DNA of 64,000 nt. It comes from a virus (taxonomy: Duplodnaviria > Caudoviricetes). The number at the start of each line of letters is the position of its first letter. Within the stretch, counting starts at the first letter, position 1. Positions 27,017-35,235 of the stretch are shown piece by piece. The notes below the pieces were generated by a model. That model was not told the DNA's origin, made no database searches, and worked only from the letters and a program-made list of their open reading frames with translations. The position numbers were made by a program, and so were the translations under genes. Location: positions 4,560-68,559 of the IMG/VR virus record IMGVR_UViG_2915597211_000007; one strand, given 5' to 3'.

Positions 27017-27800
27017 CGGATGCCTCCGTTTCCATTTCCGCGAGGATCGACTCCAAGCGGATGTCTGCGATTTCTACGTATTTTGATTCCGTTTCGAATC
27101 CGATGAAATTTCGGCCAGTTCGGACGGCTGCGACTGCAGTAGTACCGGAGCCCATGCAATTGTCGAGTACGATGTCACCTTCGTTCGTGTATGTGCGGAT
27201 GAGGTACTCGAAAAGGGCTACGGGTTTTTGTGTCGGGTGCAACGCCTCTCTTTGTTTGTCAGACGCAAATACTTGAACACTACGAGGAAATCGCTCTGTG
27301 CTATCATACGAGCTGAGTTCGTAATCATTGTAATTGGATGACTTGGCACACTTTCGTCTGTGCACTGCTGTACTGACCTTCCTCACATGTCCATATGTTT
27401 TCTGAGGATTATACGTGGGCAATCCCTTGTAAAAGACCAGTACATTCTCATGGGCTTTCATTGGCATTTTATTCGCGTTCAGATGGCCAGTTGGTGTTGT
27501 CTTTTCCCATATCCACTCATAGCGAAGCATTTCTAAATTGCTGCAGCCTAAAACCTTATCAAATGGCGTTTGCGCAGTTAGCACAATTGCTCCATTTCCT
27601 TTAATGATTCTCTTGTATTGATCCCATAGAGGCTGTAGCGGAATTATGGCGTCCCACTTGTTCTGCGTTGTCCCATATGGTAGGTCGCATAGAATCATGT
27701 CTACGCTCCCATTCGGAATCATCCGCATCCCCTCGATACAATCACGCTGATATATCCGGTTTAACTCGATCTCTCCGAGTAGTTTCTTTTCCGTCATCAA
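27009..27800 (-). CDS. DNA amino-methyltransferase (N4-C/N6-A, beta class)
   Basis: ILCDLPYG, HPTQKP and VLDNCMGSGTT motifs. Confidence 0.9.
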   Translation of the reverse strand: MMTEKKLLGEIELNRIYQRDCIEGMRMIPNGSVDMILCDLPYGTTQNKWDAIIPLQPLWDQYKRIIKGNGAIVLTAQTPFDKVLGCSNLEMLRYEWIWEKTTPTGHLNANKMPMKAHENVLVFYKGLPTYNPQKTYGHVRKVSTAVHRRKCAKSSNYNDYELSSYDSTERFPRSVQVFASDKQREALHPTQKPVALFEYLIRTYTNEGDIVLDNCMGSGTTAVAAVRTGRNFIGFETESKYVEIADIRLESILAEMETEASDE

Positions 27801-28213
27801 ACCGCCTCCCCTGCGTTATCTTCCGTAGCCTGCCGCCACTGTTCCGTCCGTTCCACTTCCCCGTAATTCCACCGTGCATACACCGCCGCCACCCGATTGA
27901 GCCCCGTAATCACTAACCGGCTCACACGCTGCTTTCCGATCCCCATACGCACGCCCACGTCCTCCATCGTCAGGTCGTCAACGTAGTACAAGCATAAGGC
28001 CTCCGCCTGCCTCGCGGTCAGTTTCGCGGACTTAATCGCGACCGCCAGATCGATGAGGATATCGGACGCGACGTAATCGCCCGAATGGTATCTGCGTGAG
28101 GCGAGCCGGTGTGCGTCCGCAAGTAGCATGTCGACGCCAGTCCGGTCATTTAACGTGTAACGCACGGAGTACTCGCGATGTCCCTTCGTTATATCAACGG
28201 CACATGCGCCCAT
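27797..28213 (-). CDS. Sigma-70 region 4-type regulator (candidate late activator)
   Basis: LTARQAEALCLYYVDDLTMEDVGVRMGIGKQRVS. Confidence 0.75.
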   Translation of the reverse strand: MGACAVDITKGHREYSVRYTLNDRTGVDMLLADAHRLASRRYHSGDYVASDILIDLAVAIKSAKLTARQAEALCLYYVDDLTMEDVGVRMGIGKQRVSRLVITGLNRVAAVYARWNYGEVERTEQWRQATEDNAGEAV

Positions 28214-29454
28214 TAGGCGGGCACCTCCGTTCTGTCGGCTCCCGATTCTGCCGCCTCCCTTTCCGCATGGCCTTTGGCGCGACCATCCGGATTATCCGAA
28301 ATCAAACGCTCGCCTATTGCGTTCGATTGCGTAGCCGCCCGTAATTGCTCCGCCAGCGCGACTCCGAGCAGGTATGAGACGCGCGATGCGACTCCGTTAC
28401 CGACGATGCGGTATTGTGGCGAAAGTTTAATATCGTCAGGAATTACGTACCAGTCCGGTACAGATTGGATGCGGAGGCACTCGCGCACGGTGAAACGGCG
28501 TGGTGCTTGCGTTGGATGAATTGGTTGTCCGTTATTGTGATGCGCAGGGATAGTGGCGGATGGAGGCTCCATCCGTTGGACACGGCTTGCCTGATCCCAT
28601 TTTTCAGAATCCCCACTCTTTGGCGGCCAATAGTGCTTATCGGTGTGATTCCGGACAATCTCCATCGTCATAGAGCCGTCGCCTGGATGAATTGAAGTGT
28701 CTCTAGGACTTGTTAAAACTGTGAATGCTGGTTTGTCCCATTTGACGACTCTATTCCGAGACAAATACTGACTAGAGTAGCTCCCATCCTGCGGGTTACG
28801 CTCGTGAAAGTAGGGCTCCGGTAAATCCCCGATCACATCGCGCAGCACTTGCGTACGACAATCCTCCGGTTGCGGCTCCGGAAACTCGAACGCGAATCCG
28901 AGGTCATTCCGCACGCCTACGATAAACACACGCTCCCTTTTCTGCGCGACACCGTAGTCCCATGCGTTGACCAACCGCCAACTTACCGTATACCCAATCG
29001 TGGCGAACCGTTCGAGTAGCGCATCAAACGTCGGTCGGTGCTTCTTCGTAATGAGTCCCTTTACGTTTTCGAATACGAGTGCCTTCGGACGCTTCCGTTC
29101 GATGATTTCGAGATAGCGCCATACGAGTTTGCCGCGCTCGCCTTCTTCGCCAGCACCCGTTCCCGCAACGCTGTAGTCCTGGCACGGCGGACCCCCGGCA
29201 ATTACGTCCGCGTCCGGAATGGAATCGATATCGATCGCGGTAATGTCGCCATGTACGATGTGGTCGCCGAGGTTGTGGCGGTATGCCTTCACCGCGTTCT
29301 TATCGAAATCATTCGCCCATTTCAGCGTGTACCCGGCAGAGCGGAGGCCGACCGCCATCAGTCCGCCGCCTGCGAATAGCTCCGCGACAGTGACTCCGTT
29401 ACTTTCGAGTTGAGGCGTTACGTTATATGTCATGACATCGCTCCTTTTCGTCAA
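28213..29454 (-). CDS. DNA cytosine-5 methyltransferase
   Basis: ELFAGGG, GGPPCQ, ENV, QKRERVF, RECLRIQS and YRIVGNGV motifs. Confidence 0.95.
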   Translation of the reverse strand: MTKRSDVMTYNVTPQLESNGVTVAELFAGGGLMAVGLRSAGYTLKWANDFDKNAVKAYRHNLGDHIVHGDITAIDIDSIPDADVIAGGPPCQDYSVAGTGAGEEGERGKLVWRYLEIIERKRPKALVFENVKGLITKKHRPTFDALLERFATIGYTVSWRLVNAWDYGVAQKRERVFIVGVRNDLGFAFEFPEPQPEDCRTQVLRDVIGDLPEPYFHERNPQDGSYSSQYLSRNRVVKWDKPAFTVLTSPRDTSIHPGDGSMTMEIVRNHTDKHYWPPKSGDSEKWDQASRVQRMEPPSATIPAHHNNGQPIHPTQAPRRFTVRECLRIQSVPDWYVIPDDIKLSPQYRIVGNGVASRVSYLLGVALAEQLRAATQSNAIGERLISDNPDGRAKGHAEREAAESGADRTEVPA

Positions 29455-29474
29455 ATTTTCGTCATTAACGTTTA

Positions 29475-29504
29475 TTGCATATGTCGCGTTATCTCGCGTA
29501 TAAT
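29475..29504 (+). promoter_or_regulatory. SigA-type promoter of the plus-strand gene
   Basis: TTGCAT-N18-TATAAT. Confidence 0.65.
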
Positions 29505-29540
29505 GGTACGTAAGACAAATATTCGGAGTGTGATCGTCAA

Positions 29541-29957
29541 ATGGCGTTTATCGCGTATAGCTTTGGCGGCGAACTGCCAGCTCTTTCGCTCGATAAGTTC
29601 GGACGTCTTCATATGAATTCGGCTCTACGTAAGAAGCTCGGAGTAATCAAGGACATGCCGTTCAAGGCGCATATCGCGTACGATCCGGACACTGGCAATA
29701 TCGGACTCGCGCGTCCTGGTGAGGTTAACGTCGGGGACAACGTGGCTCCGGCGACATTCGATCGCAAACGTTACTATGCCACCGCACGCGGGTTCATGTC
29801 ACGCCATCAGCCGAAGCTCGGCAAGTACGTATACATCGAGCGTCAGAACAACTGGTACGCGTTCCGTCATCAGGAAACGGAGTCACCTACGGCTCATCCG
29901 GACGTGAAGCCAGCGCCGAAGAAGAGACGGAAGAAGACGGAGAGCCCTGCGGAGTAG
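29541..29957 (+). CDS. Hypothetical protein with AbrB/MraZ-like N-terminus
   Basis: LSLDKFGRLHMNSALRKKLG; basic tail; own promoter and GGAG SD. Confidence 0.65.
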   Translation: MAFIAYSFGGELPALSLDKFGRLHMNSALRKKLGVIKDMPFKAHIAYDPDTGNIGLARPGEVNVGDNVAPATFDRKRYYATARGFMSRHQPKLGKYVYIERQNNWYAFRHQETESPTAHPDVKPAPKKRRKKTESPAE

Positions 29958-30087
29958 AAGCGTCGCCATCCGCGTCCCTTTCGTTCGGCAAGCGTGCGTC
30001 ATACGGGCGTCCGTCTAGCGCGTCGGCACGTCCGCGGAAATATCCCATTTCGTAGTAGTGGCGTAGGAGGTCGTCGGTTGCGTTCAT
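29887..30087 (-). CDS. Hypothetical protein
   Basis: Coupled to the upstream ORF (ATGA overlap). Confidence 0.5.
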   Translation of the reverse strand: MNATDDLLRHYYEMGYFRGRADALDGRPYDARLPNERDADGDASTPQGSPSSSVSSSALASRPDEP

Positions 30088-30344
30088 TCGGCGGCTTCTT
30101 TCGCTATGGGCGCGTACTCTACGATTTCGAACTCTTCTTCTGCGAGCTTTTTAGCGATCGCGTCACGTTCATTTAGCGGCAAGTCTTGCCACCCACGCCA
30201 ACCTATCCGTTCGCCTGCGAAGTAACTCGAGTCGGACGTAACCACGCCTTTTGCTGCACCTCTCGTTAGGTACGCAATCTTCCGTCCACGTTTCTCGTAC
30301 CGCTTTCCATTACGGTAGATAACGTAAACTCTATCGTTCATCAT
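30084..30344 (-). CDS. Hypothetical protein
   Basis: Operonic ORF with SD. Confidence 0.65.
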   Translation of the reverse strand: MMNDRVYVIYRNGKRYEKRGRKIAYLTRGAAKGVVTSDSSYFAGERIGWRGWQDLPLNERDAIAKKLAEEEFEIVEYAPIAKEAAE

Positions 30345-30703
30345 TACGTCGCCTCCCAGCGTTCGAAATCGACTGACTCCGAATAGTATCCGTTAGAGCT
30401 CCCATACCAGCGGATCGTTACGTAACCTTTCGTTGTAGCAAATTTGTAGAACGTCCACGTAAAAGTTCCGCTCCATACGTCTGAATCACCGCTTTCGCTA
30501 ACCTCTTCCGCGAGTTCGATGGGAACGCCAATCAGGTCCGTAATGTCTCCGCAGATATCCTCGACGTAAACGTGCTCGCAACAATCCTGCTCGTGATACA
30601 TGCGATAGCACTCGCCATCTTCCGTATAGAACCGCAGCTCATCCGTAACGCTATCGTCAATCTTCGTTAATACTTTCCCGACCAATTCGTTCACGTTAGC
30701 CAC
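30344..30703 (-). CDS. Conserved phage hypothetical protein
   Basis: YHEQDCCEHV..EDICGD, TFYKFATTKGYVTIRWYG.SNGYYS. Confidence 0.8.
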   Translation of the reverse strand: MANVNELVGKVLTKIDDSVTDELRFYTEDGECYRMYHEQDCCEHVYVEDICGDITDLIGVPIELAEEVSESGDSDVWSGTFTWTFYKFATTKGYVTIRWYGSSNGYYSESVDFERWEAT

Positions 30704-31272
30704 TACGCATCGCTCCCCTTCGCCATAATCTCCGCCATCACCGCGTCCACCTTCGCATGTAACTCCGCCAGGCTTCCGTTATTCACAATCTCGTAATCGA
30801 CCGCGAACCCGTCCGAATGCAGCTCGGTTTCGTGCGTTAAGTCGCGTTCGTCGAACGTATCGCCTGCGTCAAGCATGCGTTGCCTACGGGTCGCCTCGTC
30901 ACACTTTACGCGGATGACTACGAAGCCTTCCGCACGAAGGCGGGAAATTTCGTTAGGCTGACGGAGGTCGGTGATTACGATGTTGTCGAAGTCTTTGTAG
31001 TATGGCGTGAAGTACAGTAGGGTTCGAATATCGCGCATGGTCGCGTTGACCCATACGTCCGGATCGAACACCCTCATCGCCTGCCCCACGCCTTGTAGGA
31101 GCGCGCGGGGCTTTCGGTCATTGGCGAATCGTTCCGGAAAGAGTTCGGAGCAGACTTTGCGGATACCGTCGCCGAATGCGAACCGGACGAATCCGTATTG
31201 TTGCGTGAGGTGGGCGGCCGCGGCGTCCTTCCCTGCACGAGCCCGCGCCGTGAGCGCTATTTTAACGCTCAT
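30703..31272 (-). CDS. Deoxynucleoside monophosphate kinase-like P-loop protein
   Basis: IALTARARAGKD, FAFGDGIR, ITDLRQPNE and HETE motifs. Confidence 0.8.
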   Translation of the reverse strand: MSVKIALTARARAGKDAAAAHLTQQYGFVRFAFGDGIRKVCSELFPERFANDRKPRALLQGVGQAMRVFDPDVWVNATMRDIRTLLYFTPYYKDFDNIVITDLRQPNEISRLRAEGFVVIRVKCDEATRRQRMLDAGDTFDERDLTHETELHSDGFAVDYEIVNNGSLAELHAKVDAVMAEIMAKGSDA

Positions 31273-32495
31273 TAGGCGGACACCTCCTCGCGACTGTCGT
31301 CAAGAATCTTGAATTGTTTGTCCGCGATCCAACCGCCGTACCCTCCCGTGTGTCGAAACGCTTTTTGTCCGAAGTAATTACCGTCAGAGTTATCGAGTTC
31401 AGGGGCGCGTTTTGTCAACGTTACCACTTCGTTAATGTCGTTTTTTGTTCCGTGAAATAATACGACGTCTCCTACCTGCGCATTAATTGATTCTGGCTGC
31501 GGCGCGCTCGTATATTCCGTAGGTACATCGAGTCCCAAAGCTCGGCGCAACGCGATAGTACGTCCGATATGCGTGTTGAATACGTCGTCTGGCGCGCATT
31601 TTGCGATTCCTTTTGCACGTACCTTTCCGGAATTGTGTCCGCGTAAGAGGCACACGACCGTTCTCTTTTCACGGTTGACAATAAACTCTGCATCGCAGCT
31701 AAACGGGAATTCCGTTCCATCTGAGACCTTGTAATATTCACCTCGCTTTAACGTCGCCACATCCGCCTTCGCACGTTCCACGACCTCGTCGCGGATTTCT
31801 TGTGCCGACTTCATACGCGGTAGGTCAGCGAGTTTTCTAACGGTTTTCTCCGGGTTGAACTTCGGCCCCCCGTGCTTTTGCAATTCCGCCTTAACCGCAT
31901 CAGCTACCGCCTTTACTGCGTCGTCCATTGACGCGACGGTTACGTGGATTGCCGGAATGGTTACGGTGATTGATTTCGGTGCGGCTTCGTTTTGTTGTGT
32001 TACTGGTTCGTCAATTTGCGTGAGGACTACGTATTCACTATCGTAGATCAGACCGGAATACCTACGTTCTTTGACATGCCACACATCACCGTCGTAATCT
32101 ACGCGGCTCACGGTGTACGAAGCGCCAATAGGAACGCCATTACCGCTACCTGTATGATCACCTGCATGCTCTCCCGTAATCAAAATACGCTCGCCCACCG
32201 CCGCCTTACGTTTCTCTTCGCGATAACGCTTGCCGTCGATGATGACGGTCGAGCTCGGGGCGAGTACGACGTAGTCGCAATCAACGCCGTCTTCGAGCCA
32301 CCATCCGTCAACGTACACGCACTCTTCTTTGATTTCTGCAATATACACAGTACCTATTTTGAGTCCGTGATACATTGCGTCAGCAACGATCTTGATGCGT
32401 TCCCCAACGTCAGCCTTACGCTTAACCTCCGTATACTCACGTTGCACTCCATTAGCATCCGTCAATACCGTTACGTTCGCTTGATTCGTATTCAT
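31272..32495 (-). CDS. Hypothetical protein with repeated KRKA.VGERI (SH3/KOW-like) modules
   Basis: Internal repeats; paralogous to 43763-44770. Confidence 0.7.
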   Translation of the reverse strand: MNTNQANVTVLTDANGVQREYTEVKRKADVGERIKIVADAMYHGLKIGTVYIAEIKEECVYVDGWWLEDGVDCDYVVLAPSSTVIIDGKRYREEKRKAAVGERILITGEHAGDHTGSGNGVPIGASYTVSRVDYDGDVWHVKERRYSGLIYDSEYVVLTQIDEPVTQQNEAAPKSITVTIPAIHVTVASMDDAVKAVADAVKAELQKHGGPKFNPEKTVRKLADLPRMKSAQEIRDEVVERAKADVATLKRGEYYKVSDGTEFPFSCDAEFIVNREKRTVVCLLRGHNSGKVRAKGIAKCAPDDVFNTHIGRTIALRRALGLDVPTEYTSAPQPESINAQVGDVVLFHGTKNDINEVVTLTKRAPELDNSDGNYFGQKAFRHTGGYGGWIADKQFKILDDSREEVSA

Positions 32496-32605
32496 CCGAT
32501 CACCCTCCGATATTTTTTAGTTTGCGGATCGTCCGTCATGCGATCGCCTATTTCGCACGACTGCGCCTTACTTAGTAATTCGTACGCGATTCCGTTTTGC
32601 ACATC

Positions 32606-32956
32606 TTACTCGAAAATAATTATCGGCATCATCCGCCGACCGAACCGCAGCGCTTCCGCCTTGTTCGCGATATAAACGTCGAGCTTGCGCGAGGTGATCC
32701 GCCCACCCCTATCAAGACACGTCAGCGTCCGCCCCAGTTCCGGAATCATAACGCGAGTGCCGAACGGGTGGTCGCGCGGGCAGGCGGCGGTTACGCCTTC
32801 GCGTACGGGTTTACCCGATGCGGTGATTCCGTGCGCTGGCGTAAAGTCATCTCCGACTGAGTACGCGGTGACTTCGTAGGTTGCGAGAGTTGGCGGTGGG
32901 GGAATGTTTTGAGCGAACGTTGATAGCGTGTAGAGTGCGGATAATAGCGTTAGGAT
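32606..32956 (-). CDS. 3D-domain peptidoglycan-modifying protein, apparent ATC start (116 aa)
   Basis: Manual translation ILTLLSALYTLSTFA...YEVTAYS...ITASG...AACPRDHPFGTRV...CLDRGGRI...KLDVY...ALRFG; AAGGAGG-N8-ATC; not in the ORF track. Confidence 0.85.
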   Translation of the reverse strand: MLTLLSALYTLSTFAQNIPPPPTLATYEVTAYSVGDDFTPAHGITASGKPVREGVTAACPRDHPFGTRVMIPELGRTLTCLDRGGRITSRKLDVYIANKAEALRFGRRMMPIIIFE

Positions 32957-32973
32957 GGGCGCGACCTCCTTCG

Positions 32974-33822
32974 TTAAACTGCGACTTTTCCGGCAATGTG
33001 CGGATGCGGATCGTATTCGATGATTTCGAAATCATCGAATGTAAAATCGTCAATGTCCGTTACCTGGCGTTTGATTACGAGTTGCGGAAGTGTGCGCAGA
33101 TCACGTTCGAGCTGCGTCCGTACCTGTTCGATGTGATTCGCGTAGATATGCGCGTCTCCCAGCGTGTGAACAAACTCTCCGACCTCAAGTCCGGTGACGT
33201 GCGCGATCATATGCGTCAGGAGCGCGTAGCTTGCGATGTTGAATGGAACGCCGAGGAATACGTCAGCCGACCGTTGGTACAGTTGGCACGAGAGTCGTCC
33301 GTTCGCAACGTAGAATTGGAACGCGAAGTGACACGGCGGGAGCGCCATTTGGTCGAGTTCGCCGACGTTCCATGCGTTGACGAGCAGGCGTCTGCTGTCC
33401 GGATTCGTGCGGATTTGTTCGATGACGTCCGCGATTTGGTCGATCCGAGCCTCGGTCAATGACGTCCAACTTTCTCCGTACGGGAGTCCGTCGTCCTCAT
33501 AAATGATTTCTGCCGGTTGCCACGCGCGCCACTGTTTGCTGTACACCGGACCGAGGTCGCCGTTTTCGTTAGCCCACTCGTTCCAGATTCGTACGCCGTT
33601 TTCGTTCAAATACGCCACGTTCGTATCGCCACGCAGGAACCACAAGAGCTCGTGCGCGATCGACGGCCAGTGGAGGCGCTTCGTCGTCACCATCGGGAAG
33701 CCTTCGCGGAGATTGTATCGCGATTGGTAGCCGAACGTACTTAACGCGCCCGTTCCGGTGCGATCCGTCTTCTCAACGCCATTTTCGAGGATATGGCGGC
33801 ATAGTTCGTGGTATTGACGCAT
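32974..33822 (-). CDS. thyA: Thymidylate synthase
   Basis: DRTGTG, LPPCH, LYQRSAD and VPFNIASY motifs. Confidence 0.97.
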   Translation of the reverse strand: MRQYHELCRHILENGVEKTDRTGTGALSTFGYQSRYNLREGFPMVTTKRLHWPSIAHELLWFLRGDTNVAYLNENGVRIWNEWANENGDLGPVYSKQWRAWQPAEIIYEDDGLPYGESWTSLTEARIDQIADVIEQIRTNPDSRRLLVNAWNVGELDQMALPPCHFAFQFYVANGRLSCQLYQRSADVFLGVPFNIASYALLTHMIAHVTGLEVGEFVHTLGDAHIYANHIEQVRTQLERDLRTLPQLVIKRQVTDIDDFTFDDFEIIEYDPHPHIAGKVAV

Positions 33823-34026
33823 CTATTCTGCCTCCTTCACTTCTACAGTTACAGGGACGATTGCCCACTGTTCTTTATCGGTGATCCATCCGCGAGCAGA
33901 TTTCGCTCCACGCTCGGTGAACCGCGGTGTTTTGTAAATGTTGTCGGTTGTTCCTGTGACGCTACCGCCCCAACGGGAGACGAAGTATTTTCCGGACTTA
34001 TTTCGTAGCACATATTCCGTTATCAT
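33823..34026 (-). CDS. Hypothetical protein
   Basis: Operonic ORF with GGAGG SD. Confidence 0.6.
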   Translation of the reverse strand: MITEYVLRNKSGKYFVSRWGGSVTGTTDNIYKTPRFTERGAKSARGWITDKEQWAIVPVTVEVKEAE

Positions 34027-34634
34027 TCGCTCACCTCCGCCCGTATTCCGCTGCTCCCAAACCCGCCTTCCCCGCGCTCCGTCTCGCCCAACTCCGTCAC
34101 CTCAACGAACGCTGCCCGTGGGACTTTCGCGAGAACACCTTGCGCGATGCGGTCACCTTTGCGGATCAAGTAGGAGCCGTACAGTAATCCGCGCGCCTTT
34201 GATCCGTCTAAATGGAATCCGTACTTATGGACGGCTCCGTTCGGGTACATTCCGGTGTGGGTATTATCGAACATCATCGCAACCTCACCGCGATAATCCG
34301 AATCAATCACGCCAATTCCGTTCGACTGCCGCAGCTTCGTTTTCAACGCGATTCCCGACCGCATGCACACGTACATTACGAGTCCGTCCGGAATCTCAAA
34401 CGCCAGTCCGAGCGGAACTTTCTTCGTTTCTCCCGGCTCGATGATTACGTCCTCGACCGCAACGAGATCGAAGCCTGCTGCGCCGAGCGTTGCGCATTGC
34501 GGGATTACTGCGTCCGGATGCAGACGCTTGATTTTAACGGGAACGCCAATGTGCGCCGGGCGGCGGAATGTCGGCGAATCGCTTCCGACAATTGCGATGA
34601 GATCGCGTTGTTCTTGCGTTAGTGCGTATGACAT
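34023..34634 (-). CDS. dut: dUTPase (trimeric type)
   Basis: AGFDL, RSG, GVIDSDYRGE, RIAQ and RGEGGFGSSG motifs; probable ATG at 34634. Confidence 0.95.
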   Translation of the reverse strand: MSYALTQEQRDLIAIVGSDSPTFRRPAHIGVPVKIKRLHPDAVIPQCATLGAAGFDLVAVEDVIIEPGETKKVPLGLAFEIPDGLVMYVCMRSGIALKTKLRQSNGIGVIDSDYRGEVAMMFDNTHTGMYPNGAVHKYGFHLDGSKARGLLYGSYLIRKGDRIAQGVLAKVPRAAFVEVTELGETERGEGGFGSSGIRAEVSE

Positions 34635-34653
34635 GGGCGTGCCTCCTTTTGGG

Positions 34654-35178
34654 TTAACCTGCTTTGTTAATCTCTTCAAACACGATCTGTTTTGGCAGAA
34701 TTCCTTTGCACAAATACACACTTGAGAACGGAGGGTTTAAGGACGGTTTTTGCTCGCAGTAGTCTTTAAAATACGCCACCCTCCTGTTCATGTACAAAAT
34801 CTCGAAGTCATTATTAGCGAACATCTCGAATCTCTTTTGACTTTCAAATAACCCAACAACGCCGATCAACATCGCGAAGGGCTTACCTATGTCGAACAGC
34901 CTTTGAAGTACCTCACCTTTTCTGGAATACGGTGGGTTACTAATGACGTAATCACAACTAGGTATCTCACAGTTGAAGAAATCAGTTCCTGTGTTTATGT
35001 GAGTAGCGATAACCTCATGCCCTTCTTCTCTGAACAACTTAACAAACAGACTTTGTTCTTCGTCAAACGGGCACCAAATTGTCGAGTTTGGCTTTATATA
35101 ATTAAACAGAGGTTTGATGGCGTACTCTGGAGTGTAAAATTCGTCATTTCCACTGTTTGCTACTTGGTCCAGTTTCAT
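34654..35178 (-). CDS. Short adenine-specific DNA methyltransferase
   Basis: DEFYTP, IWCPFD, DFF and ISNPPYS motifs; AT-richer insert. Confidence 0.75.
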   Translation of the reverse strand: MKLDQVANSGNDEFYTPEYAIKPLFNYIKPNSTIWCPFDEEQSLFVKLFREEGHEVIATHINTGTDFFNCEIPSCDYVISNPPYSRKGEVLQRLFDIGKPFAMLIGVVGLFESQKRFEMFANNDFEILYMNRRVAYFKDYCEQKPSLNPPFSSVYLCKGILPKQIVFEEINKAG

Positions 35179-35235
35179 AAAAGTACACCTCCGTTAATAG
35201 TCCGGCCGAAGCCGGTGAGCGCCGGAGCGCCCGCC

